Source: a virus | Taxonomy: Duplodnaviria; Heunggongvirae; Uroviricota; Caudoviricetes | IMG/VR virus record: IMGVR_UViG_3300026549_000060 | Location: 1 to 64,000 of that record | Strand: one strand, 5' to 3' | Length of the DNA stretch: 64,000 nt | In this document: piece after piece, positions 60,130 to 64,000 of the stretch | Layout: the number at the start of each line of letters is the position of its first letter | Position numbering within the stretch: the stretch's first letter is position 1 | Translations under genes and position numbers: made by a program | Notes under the pieces: model-generated | Told to the model about the DNA's origin: nothing | Databases searched by the model: none | What the model saw: only the letters and a program-made list of their open reading frames with translations

Positions 60130-60885
60130 ATGTATTTGGAAAAAGCATTTTGTGAATTTGTAAAACCAAAACAGGTAAATTATGTATTGGATGAAGTTTC
60201 TGATAAGAAAACCCTATTTGAAGCAGATGAAATAACAAAACGACTTCATAATAGTTATTTGAGATCTGAAATAGATAAAAGTACTTGGACTAAAAAGAGT
60301 ATAAGTGCTTATGACCTTACTGGTTGTATAAAGAAGCTATATTTTAGGTTAAGGGGTATTAGTCCATCTGATACTCCTAATTATCCATATTCAAATATAA
60401 TTTTTGGTATAGGCAATTCAGTACATCAAGCATTAGTGGATGCTATACAACCAGAAGAAGTTGAAGTTTCATTTAAGTCATATATTATTGGTTTTGAATT
60501 GAATATGAGATGTGATGCTATTTGCTATGGTAAGATATTGCATGAGTATAAAACTGTGGAAAAGATAGATGATGACACTGAATTAAAACCAGAGCATTTA
60601 CAACAAGCAGTTATTTATGCATACTTATTGAATAAAATACATCATAGAAATATACAGTATATTCAGATTATATATGTTTCTAGAGGTAAAGTTAGCGTTA
60701 AAGTATTTAATGTTGAAGTTAATGAAGATATAATGAATAAGGTTGGTAATAGATTGAACAAGCAATTGAGAGAACTTAAAGATTGCTTAGATCAATATAG
60801 AGTACCTTCTTTTGATAGTGAGTATTGTTCAAAAGATTGTAAGTTTTGTGAGTATGCAACTTTTTGTAGATGTTTAAGTAGTTAA
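60130..60885 (+). CDS. Cas4-like / RecB-family PD-(D/E)XK nuclease with a 4-Cys Fe-S cluster motif
   Basis: N-terminal Cys (LTGCIKK). D...EYK nuclease core (CDAICYGKILHEYK). QxxxY (QQAVIYAY). C-terminal C-x3-C-x2-C-x5-C (CSKDCKFCEYATFC). Confidence 0.6.
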   Translation: MYLEKAFCEFVKPKQVNYVLDEVSDKKTLFEADEITKRLHNSYLRSEIDKSTWTKKSISAYDLTGCIKKLYFRLRGISPSDTPNYPYSNIIFGIGNSVHQALVDAIQPEEVEVSFKSYIIGFELNMRCDAICYGKILHEYKTVEKIDDDTELKPEHLQQAVIYAYLLNKIHHRNIQYIQIIYVSRGKVSVKVFNVEVNEDIMNKVGNRLNKQLRELKDCLDQYRVPSFDSEYCSKDCKFCEYATFCRCLSS

Positions 60886-60911
60886 TATAATAAGAAGAAA
60901 GGGGTTAGTCT

Positions 60912-61529
60912 ATGTTTGGATTAACTTTTAAAGATTTAAGTAAATATTTTACAGTGTTAGATCCAGTTCAATTAGAAGATTTATATCCAATTAGAACTGA
61001 AAATGATATGACTGCTTGGAAGTTTTCATTTGATGATAATGTGATATGGCTTCCAGTTAGTAATATGCTGGATGTAACTGATTACGCAGCAGCTTTTAAA
61101 CTATTACTGAATGGTGGTCTTTATAATGTTTATAATGATTATGAAGTATACGGTGATGAGGTAGGATTAGTTAATAAGGCATTAGGTATTACAGACAGAA
61201 GTATTGTTAAAAGTGAGTATGATGAAAAGAATACTTGTATGAATTATAATTTATCTACAGTTAAATATAAGCATATAGATGATGCTGTTATTGAAAAGAA
61301 GAATCATGTTGGTATTTTCTTTAAAGATATCTTTGAAGCATTAAGAGAAGATAATCAGTATAATGAAATTGTAGTTATAGTTAAAGGTGAGATTACAGAA
61401 ATCGCGGCATATTTGTTTAGAGTTCAAATAGAACTTACTAATAAAGATAAGCAGATTTTGTGTAATCAGGTAATCCAATGTAATGATTTTGCATTACTTA
61501 AATTTAAAATTGTCCGAAAGGAGGAATAA
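60912..61529 (+). CDS. hypothetical protein
   Basis: RBS aaagggg. Confidence 0.45.
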   Translation: MFGLTFKDLSKYFTVLDPVQLEDLYPIRTENDMTAWKFSFDDNVIWLPVSNMLDVTDYAAAFKLLLNGGLYNVYNDYEVYGDEVGLVNKALGITDRSIVKSEYDEKNTCMNYNLSTVKYKHIDDAVIEKKNHVGIFFKDIFEALREDNQYNEIVVIVKGEITEIAAYLFRVQIELTNKDKQILCNQVIQCNDFALLKFKIVRKEE

Positions 61530-62094
61530 TATGTTAAAATTAGATTTAGATATGAAAGATTATAGTGATGTTGAGTTAGAAGTTTTCTTAGTTGAGCTTA
61601 CTAAAGCCTATGACCATATGATGTGTTTATCGGAGCCAACTGAAGAGTATTCTATGTTTGAACTTGATGTTACTAAGAATGCTATTTATAATGGCTATGT
61701 TGAGTCAACTAGAAAGTCTATTGAAAGACTTATGGAGACTATTAAAACTGAACAGACCTTAAGAGCTACACTTAAGGAAGAGATGATGAAGAAGTTAGAT
61801 AGTTATACTATTGCTGAACTTACCGATCTTCACTTTAATGTTCAGAATGAAATTGCACATCAGAGAGATATTCTTGAAAAGATTTCTGATTCTGATGGTA
61901 CTAATATTAAAAGAGATATTAAAGACTTTATTGAGAAACAGGAGAACTACCTTACTCTTCTTACTGATACAATCAAGAAGAGAGCTTCTGAAAGTAGCAG
62001 CCCTACTGAACCAACTACTGATGAAGGTGAAACTACAGACCCTGAACAAGGTGTGACTCCTTTAGGAATGACACTTGGTAGTTCGAGAGGTTAA
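61530..62094 (+). CDS. hypothetical protein
   Basis: RBS aaggagg. Confidence 0.45.
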
Positions 62095-62169
62095 TAATTG
62101 TTTAATTAGAGGTAAAGGTATTATATCCTTTGCCTCTTTTATTTTACCTGAAAGGAGTTCTATATATAA

Positions 62170-62819
62170 TGCCTTTTGCAGGTATTGAGGATAGATTAGT
62201 ATCATTAGAGAGTGCTAATTATGGTAAAGAATATTTCTGTTTTGTAGATCAAGATATCTTTGAAGATGATGAGAAAGCTAAAACTAAGTTTATAAGAAAT
62301 GTTGAAAAGACTGTAAGATCTTCTGCAGAATATAAGAAATGGCTAAATTTCTTGAAGAGCACTTTATCTATAGATTTACAATGTTATCATACTGGGAATC
62401 TTCCTGGGATGTGTTCTTTAGAAATACATCATCACCCGTATACCTTATTTCAATTGGTTGATATAAGTATGTATAATATGCAGGATCAATTGTATACTAT
62501 ATTTGATTTAGCAAAAAATGTGATGAAGTTACATTTTATGAATCTAGTAGGTTTTGTACCATTATGCATATCTTCACATGAAAATTATCATAACCAGATA
62601 TTGGATATCCCAATAGAAGTATGCGAGGGAAATTGGAAAGATTTGGAGTCAGTATTAAATATACCAGAATATATTGAATCAGATGTAAAAAGAAAAAGTG
62701 CTATTACCTTTGAGAATGCCAGAAGTAAAGATGAGTGGAAAGTACATGGTGGATTGTATAGGTTAGATAAAACGGTTGAACCAGAAATTAAACGTGTAGA
62801 CACTTCAGAATGGGAGTGA
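62170..62819 (+). CDS. hypothetical protein
   Basis: RBS gaaaggag. Confidence 0.45.
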
Positions 62820-62827
62820 GATAAAGA

Positions 62828-63238
62828 ATGTCTATTATTAACAAAGAAGAGCTTAAGGAAAAAGCTAAAGAAGTTGCTATTAATATTGGTAATGATTTAA
62901 AAGAAGCTAATTCTACTAGTAAGACTCTTATTATAGTTTTACTTATTTTATTTATTCTTTCATTTAGTACAGCATATAGGTTATATAGAACTGATGCTGA
63001 AATTAAGACATTGAAAACTGAGAATCTTATGATTAAAAATAGAATGAAGGATTTAGATAGAGAAGTTAAACAGAATAAAATGGAGTTTTTAGAAATAGCT
63101 AATAGAGTTGATAAGATTAATACTAATTTAGAAACTAAACTTAAGGAAGCAAAGGAGGTAGTAATTGATGAAGTTAAGACATCTAGTGACATCATTAGTG
63201 TGCTTGATGGTTTGTCTGACCTCACCACAGGCAAGTAA
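62828..63238 (+). CDS. hypothetical coiled-coil membrane protein
   Basis: TM LIIVLLILFILSF followed by a coiled coil. Confidence 0.45.
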   Translation: MSIINKEELKEKAKEVAINIGNDLKEANSTSKTLIIVLLILFILSFSTAYRLYRTDAEIKTLKTENLMIKNRMKDLDREVKQNKMEFLEIANRVDKINTNLETKLKEAKEVVIDEVKTSSDIISVLDGLSDLTTGK

Positions 63239-63644
63239 TGCAGGTATTGAAGTATTACAAGTAACCAGTGCTAAAGTTATAGCAGCTAATAAGTCTTATG
63301 ATTTTGATTCAGGGTGGTATGTAACTGATAAGAAGATGACTGCTATAGCTAATGGTGCTAAGAAATTACAGGCGCAGGTTAAGTCATTAACTATTGAAAG
63401 AGATGCTTATAAAGAAGCTTATGAAAAGTTAAGTACTGAACACGATAATCTTAAGATTACGTATAATAGACTTTATGAGACTCATGAACAGTATAAATTG
63501 GAAACTACTGCTTTAATTAAGAATTATGAAGATCAAATTAATTTTTATCAGAAGGAGAACTATAAACTCAAGAGAAATGCTACCACTTATAAATGGCTTT
63601 CAGGAGCTTTAGCAGTAGGTGGGATTATAGCATTATGCAAGTAA
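63165..63644 (+). CDS. hypothetical secreted or membrane coiled-coil protein with an N-terminal signal-like segment
   Basis: MMKLRHLVTSLVCLMVCLTSPQASNAG. RBS aaggagg. Confidence 0.45.
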   Translation: MMKLRHLVTSLVCLMVCLTSPQASNAGIEVLQVTSAKVIAANKSYDFDSGWYVTDKKMTAIANGAKKLQAQVKSLTIERDAYKEAYEKLSTEHDNLKITYNRLYETHEQYKLETTALIKNYEDQINFYQKENYKLKRNATTYKWLSGALAVGGIIALCK

Positions 63645-64000
63645 AATTATGGTATCCTGATGATGCTGTTATAGCAACAGAAGTACCTTTTTATGTTCCA
63701 GTAAAAGCTACTGTAACAGATACTGAAAGGGTGTTAAATGAAAAAGATTTAGAGTATGAATGGGAGATAAATAATAATTTATTATCAGAACCTATTCCAT
63801 ATTCAGCTTACGGTAGAAAGCATATTCTTTGTTTAGCATTTTCTTCAGTAGGATTAATTAGGGTTACTGTAACTGTTAAAGATACAGTAACTGGAGAAAC
63901 TGTTACAGATACAATTGATGTTTTCGGTCAGATTAAAGGTGCTGATGGTATTTATAGATGGGATGAAGAGCCTGTAGCAACTTATTATGATGATAGGTAT
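63635..64000 (+). CDS. hypothetical protein, partial (runs off the window end)
   Basis: Open frame from the ATG at 63635 to the window edge (MQVKLWYPDDAV...). Confidence 0.35.
   Translation, partial: MQVKLWYPDDAVIATEVPFYVPVKATVTDTERVLNEKDLEYEWEINNNLLSEPIPYSAYGRKHILCLAFSSVGLIRVTVTVKDTVTGETVTDTIDVFGQIKGADGIYRWDEEPVATYYDDRY

Overview
This is a very AT-rich (about 30% GC) segment of a large tailed-phage-like genome, possibly a phage-plasmid. Genes on the left and centre (about 7.3 to 55.3 kb) are almost all on the minus strand, and genes right of about 56.3 kb are on the plus strand. The switch sits on an approximately 400-bp cluster of eight co-oriented DnaA boxes (TGTGGATAA), so this looks like an oriC-like bidirectional origin.

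Recognisable content:
- a contractile-tail sheath gene, truncated at the window start
- a DNA modification and nucleotide metabolism set: Dam-family N6-adenine methyltransferase, Lar-like restriction-alleviation protein, ThyX (flavin-dependent thymidylate synthase), two metallophosphoesterases
- a replication module: DnaB-like helicase, SSB, SF2 helicase, and a family-B DNA polymerase
- at least seven tRNA genes spread over 46.1-52.1 kb, six of them in a 1.7-kb non-coding region (49.1-50.2 kb) driven by sigma70-like promoters

The DNA polymerase is physically split into two ORFs 7.8 kb apart. The split falls exactly inside the YGD/TDS motif-C, and each half ends in one half of an intein (IntN about 112 aa, IntC about 41 aa). 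This is a candidate naturally split, trans-splicing intein.

The 7.8-kb island between the two polymerase halves carries the most unusual feature. A 494-aa TnpB/Cas12-like RuvC nuclease sits immediately upstream of a CRISPR array of eight 36-bp repeats plus two degenerate repeats, with about 30-bp spacers. A leader or tracr-like region lies between gene and array and contains two anti-repeat segments. There is no cas1, cas2 or tnpA in the window. I read this as a candidate phage-encoded hypercompact type-V-like CRISPR system, or a TnpB-to-Cas12 intermediate. The nuclease also lacks the usual Zn-finger cysteines between RuvC-II and RuvC-III. The island also holds a CoiA-like nuclease, thyX and an AT-hook protein.

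Other notable items:
- GC-rich (45-55%) horizontally acquired islets: a CYTH-domain protein plus a P-loop kinase, and a small ORF behind a 260-nt structured leader
- a Cas4-like Fe-S PD-(D/E)XK nuclease
- tandem paralogue families
- tRNAs with a co-varying non-canonical T-loop

Most other ORFs are unannotatable hypotheticals. Everything here is inferred from sequence reading alone.
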